Of a DNA stretch of 64,000 bases, positions 49,016-58,005 are shown one piece after another. Source of the stretch: Vampirovibrionaceae bacterium NZW_1234 (GTDB lineage: Bacteria; Cyanobacteriota; Vampirovibrionia; Vampirovibrionales; JAGQHJ01); NCBI GenBank assembly GCA_041697335.1, contig JBGUGD010000002.1, positions 128,001 to 192,000 on the forward strand, read 5' to 3'. The notes below the pieces were generated by a model. It was not told the DNA's origin, made no database searches, and saw only the letters and a list, made by a program, of their open reading frames with translations. The position numbers and the translations under genes were made by a program. Positions within the stretch are counted from its first letter, which is position 1. Each line of letters begins with the position of its first letter.

Positions 49016-49834
49016 TTACGGGCTCCTGTAAATATCGTCGTATTTGATGGGAGGTGTCGGCTGATTGGTTTCGGATTGCAGAAACTGATCGTTGAGAGCG
49101 CCCGAATAGCAACTGTCAAAAATACAAACGGTATGATCGAAAGATTCAGCTGCATCGACGATGGGTTTAAAGACATCCCGCTCATGTACAAGATTGCTAT
49201 CCTTTAATCCAAACTGTCTTGTCTCGTCTGGGTTTCTGAAAAGCAGGACCCCTTCCTGATTGGGATTTGGTGAGGGTGGTCTGGTAGCGGACGGTGATGT
49301 ACCGCTGATACTGGAGTTCAGCACGCTGCCATGCATGGAGGCATCTACAATCAGGTGATCGTTCTCTTCGGTGGCACCCCGGGCTTTTGCATCTGACAGG
49401 TGTTTCTTGAATTCGTCAAACGTTTCTGCTGTTTTGACTTGATATCCCAGACTTTCGTAAAGAGTGGTTTTTGTTTTGACATCGTTTAGAAATTTATCTT
49501 TATCCGCTGCGTGTTTGGTTTGGCCGGTGACTACAATGGCAGTGCCTTTGTTTTTGCTACTTGGGTTTGCGACTTCGTTAGGAACGGGTAAGCCATAGCT
49601 TTGGGGGCGCTGGTTGAGCGTTTCGTCGGGTTTGATTCCCTGCAAGCCACTTTGTACCAACTCCTGGTGGGCTTGTTTCAGGGGGTGTCCGTTTTGAATG
49701 CGTTCTGCCAGGGCTTGTGAATAAAGCCCGCCGTTGCCGTCACTGCGGTGATTTGCGACGCGATGTGGTTCACTGGCAGTCAGCACGGAAATTTTGGGAA
49801 ACGTTGGTTCCACAGCCAAATCCCTTTTAGTCAA
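49016..49834 (-). CDS. circularly permuted caspase-like (clan CD) peptidase, tandem copy A; alternative GTG start at 49813
   Basis: ISVLTAS..GGLYSQAL..QRPQSYG, then TAIVVTG..GYQV..DHLIVDASMHG..VCIFDSCYSG. Confidence 0.75.
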   Translation of the reverse strand: MTKRDLAVEPTFPKISVLTASEPHRVANHRSDGNGGLYSQALAERIQNGHPLKQAHQELVQSGLQGIKPDETLNQRPQSYGLPVPNEVANPSSKNKGTAIVVTGQTKHAADKDKFLNDVKTKTTLYESLGYQVKTAETFDEFKKHLSDAKARGATEENDHLIVDASMHGSVLNSSISGTSPSATRPPSPNPNQEGVLLFRNPDETRQFGLKDSNLVHERDVFKPIVDAAESFDHTVCIFDSCYSGALNDQFLQSETNQPTPPIKYDDIYRSP

Positions 49835-49857
49835 CCTGTCTACGCTAACGGTATATA

Positions 49858-49891
49858 GACATGAAAACGAAATATTGATGTTTTTTTATTA
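49858..49891 (-). promoter_or_regulatory. degenerate upstream motif, copy 4 (TAATAAAAAA-N14-TTTTCATGTC)
   Basis: Two-box match upstream of the tandem peptidase pair; the AT-rich context weakens it. Confidence 0.4.
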
Positions 49892-50056
49892 ACATAGTGT
49901 TAATGTGCGGTAATGATGGCTGGAGTGGGCTTTTCAAGACAATTAAGGCACGTACTTGGGTATTTGCTAAGGAAAGCTGTTGGCTACGAGACCTGTGCAT
50001 GCATTAGACACAGCTTATTCTAAGGAGAATATCTAATACATTCCAGGCAGTGATGG

Positions 50057-50310
50057 CTAATCTTTTATGAAACTATGGATGATTTCGAGTACCTGTGGGC
50101 CTGCATGCTCGACAAGGTGTCGTGAGAGAACTTTGTCCCGAGCTCTATCGCCCAGTTGTCTGCACAGATCGGGATTATCCTGAAGAAGGCAAATTTTTTG
50201 CAGGTAAGTTTCCAAGTCCAAATATGGAACTAACAATCCTGCATCAGACTCAACCAACTCTTTGGTACCATTTCCTTTATCAAAACATATAATAGGGTTG
50301 CCAAAATAGC
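50057..50310 (-). pseudogene. C-terminal remnant of a GT4-family glycosyltransferase
   Basis: Frame reads YFGNPIICFDKGNGTKELVESDAGLLVPYLD...RQLGDRARDKV. In-frame stop just upstream and no N-terminal part. Confidence 0.65.
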
Positions 50311-50502
50311 ATTTAGGGGGAGACTTTTAACTATGGTACGGGCTCAAGACCTTAGGGGAAAGATATCCAGTAACGTAAATGTAAATATAAAAATAAGTCT
50401 GTCTGATCTGTCTGAATTGATTCATAAGATTAATATTGGTTCAAATGCAAAATAAAATTACGAAGATCTTGGTAGGGATTTTGTTGTATCAATAAGCATA
50501 AC

Positions 50503-51567
50503 TTATACGATTTTTTGTTTATTCTTTGCTGGAAACAAATCATAAAGAATATTAAGTCGGGTGAAAGCATAATTATGTTGGCCAATGGTTAGTATTTCTT
50601 TGAATACCAAAAACCACCGCTTCCAAGTTAGTGAGGGAAGGCTTGTCAGTGTTTGCAAATGGTTGATGCGCTTATCTAAAATCAATTGTTTTTCCTGAGA
50701 GAAAAAGAACTCTGTTTGAGAAAGTAATTTTGCCTTAATGCTTTGTAGTTGGTTGAGCTGGTTAGTTTTTGCTGTCTCATATTTGTTCTTTTCTTTGGTG
50801 TAATCCGTTAGAAAGAAACTAAGCACTCGCAAGGCACGAGTTATAACAGTGTTTTTATGTCCTGCCCCGCCAAGATTTGAGTCATGTTGACGGTAATAAA
50901 GAAGGGGTTTGTCTATTATTCTGCAAGGAGCCACAGCGCTAACCATAATAGTAATCCACTGATCAGAAGCAATGCCACCTTCTAGAGTTCCCTTTGAAGT
51001 TATATGGCAAGGCATAGGGATTATTAGAGGCTCAAAACATTTTTTGAACGCTAGTGTTGCACCATAAGCATTTGGATTGAAAATTGCAGTAAAGAAATAG
51101 TCGTTATTATGATCTTTACTCCGGTTGAGATTTTTTGACGAGGCGTATTGAAAAACTTCTCCAAGAGAATTCTTACAAGTTGAGTCTGTAATAATCGCAT
51201 TACTAAAAACGAAGCCAATATCAGGATGATTTTCAAACTCATCCAGTATTCGAGCAATTCGGTCAGGGAGCATAACATCATCGGCATCGAGATTGATGAG
51301 GATATCGCCTTGAGCAGCTTTAATAATGTTGTTGAGTGTTGAAGAAAGTCCTCTATTTTCAACATTTTTTAAGATCTTAACGGGAAAAGGTGCCTGAGAA
51401 GAAAAGGCTTCCAGGATGTCTAGGGTTTTATCAGTAGAGCCATCGTCGCAAACAACAAATTCATCGGGCAATATAGTTTGCCCCAATAAACTATTTAGCT
51501 GCTCTTCCAAGAACTTTTCAGCATTGTAGGCAGCCATAATTGCAGAGATATTGTATCGATTACTCAT
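50503..51567 (-). CDS. GT2 family glycosyltransferase (AT-rich)
   Basis: SAIMAAYN, VCDDGSTD, LDADD, SDQW, YYRQH. Confidence 0.92.
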   Translation of the reverse strand: MSNRYNISAIMAAYNAEKFLEEQLNSLLGQTILPDEFVVCDDGSTDKTLDILEAFSSQAPFPVKILKNVENRGLSSTLNNIIKAAQGDILINLDADDVMLPDRIARILDEFENHPDIGFVFSNAIITDSTCKNSLGEVFQYASSKNLNRSKDHNNDYFFTAIFNPNAYGATLAFKKCFEPLIIPMPCHITSKGTLEGGIASDQWITIMVSAVAPCRIIDKPLLYYRQHDSNLGGAGHKNTVITRALRVLSFFLTDYTKEKNKYETAKTNQLNQLQSIKAKLLSQTEFFFSQEKQLILDKRINHLQTLTSLPSLTWKRWFLVFKEILTIGQHNYAFTRLNILYDLFPAKNKQKIV

Positions 51568-51828
51568 GAAGGCAATTTGATAAAGTCATTACAAACCAAG
51601 CTGGTTCGGGAACGCTAAATTTAGCGTAACTTTATTATACTAGCTTTATCTTTATTCTATAGAACGATTGCGTGTTCTTTTGGTTGTCCTGAAGTTAAGG
51701 GGTATATTCTGTGTATATGTAACAAACTATTACAACTTCTATATTAGATTGGATGAATTAAGCAATCTTGTCATTTATTTTGTTTTTATATTCATATAGG
51801 AATATACAGAGTTAATGGAGAAGCTAAC

Positions 51829-52911
51829 ATGTCTCTTGCTGCCAATATTCGTGGCAACCAAAGTTATCAGGCTGTTCCCTGGAACACGGGTGCATTTCCC
51901 AATTCACGGGCTGTTGCCGAATTTACCGGTCCTTTTGGTGTAGGTCAAGGCTTTATTAAAAACGGTGGTACGATTTCGATGGGTCCTGGTGGCCTCTCGA
52001 CTGAAGTGTCTTTTGCCCCCGGTTACTTTGCAACCCCGGCAAACACTGCGAACGGCTTAGGCTTGGCGTCGCCTTTTGCGACTACTAACAATTATCTCGA
52101 CCAGATTGGTCAAAACAGTTTCGGTATGAACAACCCCTACAGTCCGCTGTATGGGACGCCATATGATGTTCCCAATAGCGTTCTGGCGCTGGGTTCTTTC
52201 GGTGGCTACCAGGATGCATTCAGTCCTTACAGTGGCAGTGGTGTTCCCTCCCTCGATAATGGTTTTGGTAGTTTCGGCCCAACCGGCGGTGTACCCGGCT
52301 TTGGTGGCGCCCCCGGTGGTTTCGGTGGCGTGCCCGGCTTTGGGGGTGCTCCTGGCGGCTTTGCCGGCGCTCCTGGTTTCGGTGGCGCTCCCGGCGGTTT
52401 CGGTGGTCCTTCCGGCTTCGGAGGTGCTAACGCATTCGCTGGTGCTCCCGGTGGTTTTGGCGGTCCTTCTGGATTCCCCAGACCCGGTGGCGGTGGCGTT
52501 CCTGCCCAAAGCTTCCCTAATCTTTACAATAACCCTGCGATTTTTGGACGAGTTCCCAATAACGTTATTCCCGGTATTGGCCAGTCCTTTGTTCAACGTG
52601 GTGGTGGCTTCCAGAATAATGTTAACCTGGTTGAAGATGGTGTCGGTAGACTTCTGCTTCAATCCCAGGCAGATCCAAACACCCCGGTTACAACCCGTGG
52701 TGCCGGTGGTTACCTCAGAACGCCCTTCGGTATCTTTGAGACCGGAGTGGGCTGGTTGGGTGGTAACGCCAACGCAGGTATCCTGGGTGCGCAGGCATCC
52801 GGTATGGCTTGGGCGAAAGTCCGCAGTGCGGTTAACCCAGCGATTATTACCGGATATGCGAATCCCTTCTATAACAACTACAACTTTAACCAAGGCTTCA
52901 CCAACGCTTAA
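51829..52911 (+). CDS. Gly/Phe/Asn-rich low-complexity protein with central PGFGGAPGG repeats
   Basis: GGAG RBS, 360 aa, followed by a terminator; repeats at about 52285-52470. Confidence 0.8.
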   Translation: MSLAANIRGNQSYQAVPWNTGAFPNSRAVAEFTGPFGVGQGFIKNGGTISMGPGGLSTEVSFAPGYFATPANTANGLGLASPFATTNNYLDQIGQNSFGMNNPYSPLYGTPYDVPNSVLALGSFGGYQDAFSPYSGSGVPSLDNGFGSFGPTGGVPGFGGAPGGFGGVPGFGGAPGGFAGAPGFGGAPGGFGGPSGFGGANAFAGAPGGFGGPSGFPRPGGGGVPAQSFPNLYNNPAIFGRVPNNVIPGIGQSFVQRGGGFQNNVNLVEDGVGRLLLQSQADPNTPVTTRGAGGYLRTPFGIFETGVGWLGGNANAGILGAQASGMAWAKVRSAVNPAIITGYANPFYNNYNFNQGFTNA

Positions 52912-52934
52912 GCCACGGTTAAGCAAGAGACATC

Positions 52935-52962
52935 AAAAGGCCAACCGATCGGTTGGCCTTTT
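52935..52962. terminator. bidirectional intrinsic terminator
   Basis: AAAAGGCCAACC-gatc-GGTTGGCCTTTT. Confidence 0.88.
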
Positions 52963-53004
52963 ATATGTATTGAAATGTGAAAGAGTCTTCTGAATTTGAG
53001 TATC

Positions 53005-53349
53005 CTACGGCTGTTTTGACGAGAGTCGGAACAATCGGTAGGTTTCCAATGCTTTGCGAAACCGGGCGTAGTCCGTTTCTGAGTAATCCAAACAAGGATT
53101 ATAACCATGTTGTGCTTCGAGGTAGTCCATTTCGCGTTGATATCGCTGACGCGTATTGGAATCGAACAAAAAAACTGTGGGGTCAAAGCCCAATTTTTTC
53201 AAGCGAATCCTCACCAAAGGATGATTATGATGCTGTGGGGGCTGGTCCAATGTATTGGAGGAACACAAGCAGCTATTGGAACAAGCTTCAACAGGATTTC
53301 GTTTTTCCGGGTTTGATGCCCCAGAATCGTGTCTATCCGCAACTGACAT
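53005..53349 (-). CDS. hypothetical protein
   Basis: Converges on the bidirectional terminator; C-terminal half looks helical and protein-like. Preferred over the overlapping + ORF. Confidence 0.5.
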   Translation of the reverse strand: MSVADRHDSGASNPEKRNPVEACSNSCLCSSNTLDQPPQHHNHPLVRIRLKKLGFDPTVFLFDSNTRQRYQREMDYLEAQHGYNPCLDYSETDYARFRKALETYRLFRLSSKQP

Positions 53350-53604
53350 GTAGGACTAACTCCTATCCAATGTACTGGTACAGATGTACCAAGCATTACT
53401 GACTCTCCAGAACCGAGTGAAAAAGGAACCCAAGATGAATATGATATAGCCTAGATGATATATTTGTATAAAAACGTTGTTGGCCTGAAAGTTGTTAGTT
53501 ATTGTGGGGTTTTTTTCTTAATTCATCATTAAGAAGTAAAGCCCAGAAAGGGTTTCTGGAGAATGAAAGATGGAAGTCTCTGTGTTGGAAAGTGTTTGCT
53601 AGGG

Positions 53605-55098
53605 TTAAACCATTTCCATTTCATAACTGTATAAGTGGTGAACGTCTCCTTCAGCTTGGGCAGCATGGGTCCGTAATTCGAAACGTAGGTCACCATTGTA
53701 TAAGGCCTCGTGAAGCTGAGAAATGGTCCGTGTACCAATGTCTTGAAAGCCTTGTCGTATTCCTTGAATCAGATAAGGTACATAACTTTGGATTGACCCT
53801 TTGTCTATTACTGAGCCAGAGACCCCTTGAGCCACTTTGATTTTTTCACGGTCGGCAAAGTAGCGTTTTGCACCGCCATCATTCATGGCCTCGGTAGAAC
53901 CCATGCCCCGGTATTTCTTCAGACGGACACCATCTTTATAGAAGTATTCGCCGGGAGCTTCTTCGGTTCCGGCAAGCATTCCGCCCATCATGACACATGA
54001 GGCACCCAAGGCCAGGGCTTTGACGATATGCCCGATGTTGGCAATCCCGCCATCGGCAATGACCGGTATTCCAAAGTCCTTAGCATAGCGGGCGGTTTGG
54101 AACACCGATGTCGCCTGAGGGCGGCCTACAGCCATGACTTTCTGTGTGGTGCAGATGGAGCCGGCACCCATTCCAATGCGAAGTGCGTCTGCACCTGCGT
54201 CGATGAGGTTTTTGGCTTGACGCATCGTGACAATATTTCCGGCAATGATATCCAGCTGTGGGTGGTGATACTTTATGTGGGAAATCATTTCCATCTGGTA
54301 GATGGAGTCGCCCTGGGAAGAGTCAATCACAACCACATTCAACCCTTCTTTAACCAGCAGTTCCAGTCTGTCTCGATCATCCTGGCGGGTAGAGACGGCT
54401 GCTCCAACAAGAAGGCGTTTGTTTTCGTCCTTGGAGGCAAAAGGGAAGTCTCGGTTCTTCAGCAGGTCGGTCCGGGAAATCAAGGCAACCAGGCGGAAAT
54501 TTTTGTCGACGATGGGCAATTTCCCCTTCTTACTTTCTTTTAGAATGCGGTTGGCTTCTTCTAGTGACACCCCTTCGTTTGCCACGATTAGATCTGTGGT
54601 CATCACCTCTGAGAGAAGTTTGTCCCTATCCTGAACAAAGTCGATATCCCGGGTGGTGACGATTCCAACCAACTTGGAGCCCAGGCTGCCGTCTTCGGTG
54701 ATCGGTATTCCGGAGTATCCGTGGGTCCGCTTGATAGTGTCAATGTCTTTGATGCGATGATTAGGGCTGAGTACAATGGGGTCTGCAATAAAGCCGTTCT
54801 TGAAGCGTTTTACTTTGCGGACCTGTTCGGCTTGCTCTTCTTTAGTGTTGTTATAGTGAATGAAACCAATCCCACCCAAAAGGGCCATATTAATGGCCAT
54901 GCGAGCTTCGGTAACGGTGTCCATGGGGGAGCTGGTAAGCGGATTTTTAAGGCTGATATTGCGGGTCAGTTGGGTTTCAAGGCCCGTATCTTCCACGGCA
55001 AAGTCAATGTGACCGGGTAAGAGAATGAAATCGTCGTAGGTATAGCCATGACCTTTGTCAAAAATAGCGTCGCCGGAGAGTCCATCAAACAGAGACAT
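53605..55098 (-). CDS. guaB: IMP dehydrogenase with CBS pair, eukaryote-type signatures
   Basis: [55 protein letters not shown] before MSLFDG. Confidence 0.96.
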   Translation of the reverse strand: MSLFDGLSGDAIFDKGHGYTYDDFILLPGHIDFAVEDTGLETQLTRNISLKNPLTSSPMDTVTEARMAINMALLGGIGFIHYNNTKEEQAEQVRKVKRFKNGFIADPIVLSPNHRIKDIDTIKRTHGYSGIPITEDGSLGSKLVGIVTTRDIDFVQDRDKLLSEVMTTDLIVANEGVSLEEANRILKESKKGKLPIVDKNFRLVALISRTDLLKNRDFPFASKDENKRLLVGAAVSTRQDDRDRLELLVKEGLNVVVIDSSQGDSIYQMEMISHIKYHHPQLDIIAGNIVTMRQAKNLIDAGADALRIGMGAGSICTTQKVMAVGRPQATSVFQTARYAKDFGIPVIADGGIANIGHIVKALALGASCVMMGGMLAGTEEAPGEYFYKDGVRLKKYRGMGSTEAMNDGGAKRYFADREKIKVAQGVSGSVIDKGSIQSYVPYLIQGIRQGFQDIGTRTISQLHEALYNGDLRFELRTHAAQAEGDVHHLYSYEMEMV

Positions 55099-55323
55099 GT
55101 CACGAGTCCTTTTGGTTGGTTCTATGTAAGTGGTTTCCATAGAATAAACTAAAAACTCGGCCTCTGCCAAATTGCGCGTCCACTGGCAGTCTCTTGGGGC
55201 TAAGAAACCGAACAGGCGCTTTCACTGACCTCCAGGGGAAATCACAAAGTGGATGATGGCATGCCAATAAGGCACCAGAATCAGTGGATGCAGGTTTTTA
55301 GATGAATAAACGTTTGTTTATGA

Positions 55324-55707
55324 CTACCGGCTAGGGTGGTAGGGGAACCAATTGTTGGCCCAGACTTCGATGGCTTCGAGAATGGGCTTCATGGCGTGGC
55401 CTTTTTCCGTCAGTTCATACTCCACTCGCGGAGGAATGGTTGGGAATTGGTGGCGACTAATGAGGCCATAGCGTTCCAGGTGTTTGAGACGAGCCGACAA
55501 GGTCCGTGGTGAGATGCCGGAAACTTGAGATTCCAGCTCCACAAAACGCTGTTGCCCAAATTGGCTTAAAATCTGAATAATTTGAAAGGAATACTTGTCG
55601 CCCACTAAGGCCATGGCTCGCTCGACCGGCGATTCTAGTTGGTGAATCTCGTCGTTTATTAAACGATTTAGGTTTTCAGCTAATGAATCCAAGGCTTTCT
55701 GTGTCAC
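55324..55707 (-). CDS. HxlR family winged-helix transcriptional regulator
   Basis: RFVEL..GISPRTLSARLKHLE..GLI..PPRVEYELTEKG. Confidence 0.93.
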   Translation of the reverse strand: MTQKALDSLAENLNRLINDEIHQLESPVERAMALVGDKYSFQIIQILSQFGQQRFVELESQVSGISPRTLSARLKHLERYGLISRHQFPTIPPRVEYELTEKGHAMKPILEAIEVWANNWFPYHPSR

Positions 55708-55968
55708 AAGTTCAATCCTTCAGTACCTAATCACTATACTTGTTATAGTATAACCACCCAAAATAGCAAAATCAACACTTTGGTAAAGAATATAACAAGA
55801 ATGTTTTCGCTATTGAACGCTTTTTTACGATTTGTGTAGAATTACTACTTTTGGTTGTGGGCTTAAAAGCTAGTTGTGCCTTGCAATATCCCGTTATAGA
55901 GTCATTTACAATTGGTAAGTTTTGCACTACGCTAAACGCGGTATACCAGCAGAGGGAGGTTCTACGGC

Positions 55969-56910
55969 ATGGCTCCTCAGGAAGTCACTATTCAAAAGCA
56001 TTCCGAATTGGCGAACCAGGGTCGACTTGATGTGGCCTTGTCTCTGGCCGCGACAGAACATTCTGATACCCTAGTCCAAAATCTTTCTCGTTACCTTATC
56101 CCTACTCAAATAGGGCTTCATTTGCTCTATGTGGTTCCAACGCCTCAGGCTCACGACCGACGTTTTGAATCGCTGGATGAAGAGGTCTCGGCAGAGCTTC
56201 AGCAGATTGTTCATAAGCAGTTTGATGCCTATGAGGCGGTTCTTGCGAAGCAATTCCTGCCGGTCATCGATCAGACTTACATCCAAGAAGCCGAGAGTGT
56301 CGAAGAGGGTGTCCTCAGCTTTGTGGGCAATCATCAGCCGGATTTGTTGGTTTTGGGCCAGCACGTAGAGTCTCAAAAACATCAGGGTTGGCGGATTAGC
56401 TCTACGGCTTATAGTATTGCTACTCATGCAAAATCCTCCATTCTCGTCGTGAAGCAGCCACCTCGCTCAGCAGAACGCCTTCGAGTGTTCTTTGCCACTG
56501 ATGGTTCCCTGCATGCTGACAAAGCCGCAAAGGACCTGGTTCGGTTCTTGCCCAAGGAAAATACCGAGATCATTATCTTTTCGGCTGTTACAGTAAACTA
56601 TTATGTCCTGCCGCTTGTTGAGCCTTATGTGGATTATTCAGCTCTGGAGAGGGCAATGACGGGGGAGGCTGTCAACTTGATGGAGCGTTATCGTAAGCTC
56701 TTTGAACATGAAGGCTATATGGTGTCCGAATCTTACGTTCTGCTGGGCGACCCTGTGGATCGGATTCTGGAAGAATCTGAAAAGCAGCAGGCCGATTTGG
56801 TTGTTGTTGGTTCTCATGGGACTGGTGGCCGTATCAGTCGTTGGTTGTTAGGCAGTGTCAGCTCTAAAGTCCTTGAGTATAGTCCCATTTCAGTTGCAGT
56901 ATTGAAGTAA
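55969..56910 (+). CDS. tandem universal stress protein
   Basis: Two USP domains; ATDGS, GDPVDRI, ADLVVVGSHG, LGSVS. Confidence 0.92.
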   Translation: MAPQEVTIQKHSELANQGRLDVALSLAATEHSDTLVQNLSRYLIPTQIGLHLLYVVPTPQAHDRRFESLDEEVSAELQQIVHKQFDAYEAVLAKQFLPVIDQTYIQEAESVEEGVLSFVGNHQPDLLVLGQHVESQKHQGWRISSTAYSIATHAKSSILVVKQPPRSAERLRVFFATDGSLHADKAAKDLVRFLPKENTEIIIFSAVTVNYYVLPLVEPYVDYSALERAMTGEAVNLMERYRKLFEHEGYMVSESYVLLGDPVDRILEESEKQQADLVVVGSHGTGGRISRWLLGSVSSKVLEYSPISVAVLK

Positions 56911-56939
56911 GCTAGTTTTAATACTGGACAAAGTGTGGC

Positions 56940-57698
56940 CTACAGGTCATAAATCCGATGTAGGACATCTTTACGTAGAAATATGCCATTGGCTTCCAAA
57001 ACACAAGGAATCGGTTTTGCAAAAAAGGCTGGTTCGATATGAACCATTTCAAATTCTAATTCTTTTAAGTAGGTAAGTAAGTCTACTATTGTATCCTGAT
57101 TATCATAGACAGCCAGTAAGGCTAGTTCCAGCTCAATGCCTACTATATCAGGCAAAAGCGTCAATGCCCCTTCTAGTATTGGTTTTTCCATTCCTTGCGA
57201 ATCTATCTTGAGGAGGGTGGGTCTGGATTTTACCTTCAGTTCCTCTGCAAGGGAATCTAATGTAACCATGCTCACACATTGTTTTTCTGTGACTTGGGTC
57301 AGAGATTCCTGTTTTTTGAGGATAGGGGAGGTATTCAAGAAAGAACTTGATACCGAATTCGCTGCAACATTAATTTCAACGGTATCATCGATCCGGTTAC
57401 CCAGAGCTAAGTTTTGACATTCCCATAATGGATCGTTTTTAGCATTTTCCTGGAGCTGAATAAAGGCATTCGTCAATGGCTCAAAGGAGATAATATTTCC
57501 TTGATAGCCCTCTTCTCTAAGACTAGAAGCATATTGTCCTATATTGGCTCCTACGTCAATTACAGAAGCTATATTCAGGATTTCAATCAATTTTTGTCGA
57601 CAGTAGCTTAAAGTAAAGCGCTTCCTTCGAATATTAAAGCCTGCCCGTGAAAAGACAGAGACAATGTTATTTCTTAGGGTGCTTTGGATGATATTCAT
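56940..57698 (-). CDS. FkbM family methyltransferase (AT-rich)
   Basis: VIDVGANIGQY, ISFEP, TLDS, LLKIDSQGME. Confidence 0.92.
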   Translation of the reverse strand: MNIIQSTLRNNIVSVFSRAGFNIRRKRFTLSYCRQKLIEILNIASVIDVGANIGQYASSLREEGYQGNIISFEPLTNAFIQLQENAKNDPLWECQNLALGNRIDDTVEINVAANSVSSSFLNTSPILKKQESLTQVTEKQCVSMVTLDSLAEELKVKSRPTLLKIDSQGMEKPILEGALTLLPDIVGIELELALLAVYDNQDTIVDLLTYLKELEFEMVHIEPAFFAKPIPCVLEANGIFLRKDVLHRIYDL

Positions 57699-58005
57699 GG
57701 GCTATTAGACTTCATCAGTACTGTCTATAACGAGGTAACTTTATAGTGATCTTATACTAACTTGTTGTTCTCTGGTTCATATGTTGAGTTTAACTATCTA
57801 ACGGATGGGCAACTTGCTTCTATATGCACTTGAAAATAATATGCATAAGCAAAAAAAAGCCAGAACTTCGTGTTCTGGCGTATTGGAAAAACAGGGAGAG
57901 AGAAATGTGAGCCCATGGTGTGACGGAAGCCCTGTATTCTTTCCGGGGCTATCAAAATTGTTTGGTTGGCTTGATAGTGTTTAAGACGAGAGAGAATGAG
58001 TGGTT

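Noticed and set aside
52057..52993. 289-aa (-) and 280-aa (+) ORFs overlapping the Gly-rich gene
   Set aside because: Shadow frames of low-complexity sequence; the + one runs through the terminator.
52977..53402. 141-aa + strand ORF
   Set aside because: Starts right after a terminator with no clear RBS. The overlapping minus ORF fits the convergent layout better, though neither is certain.
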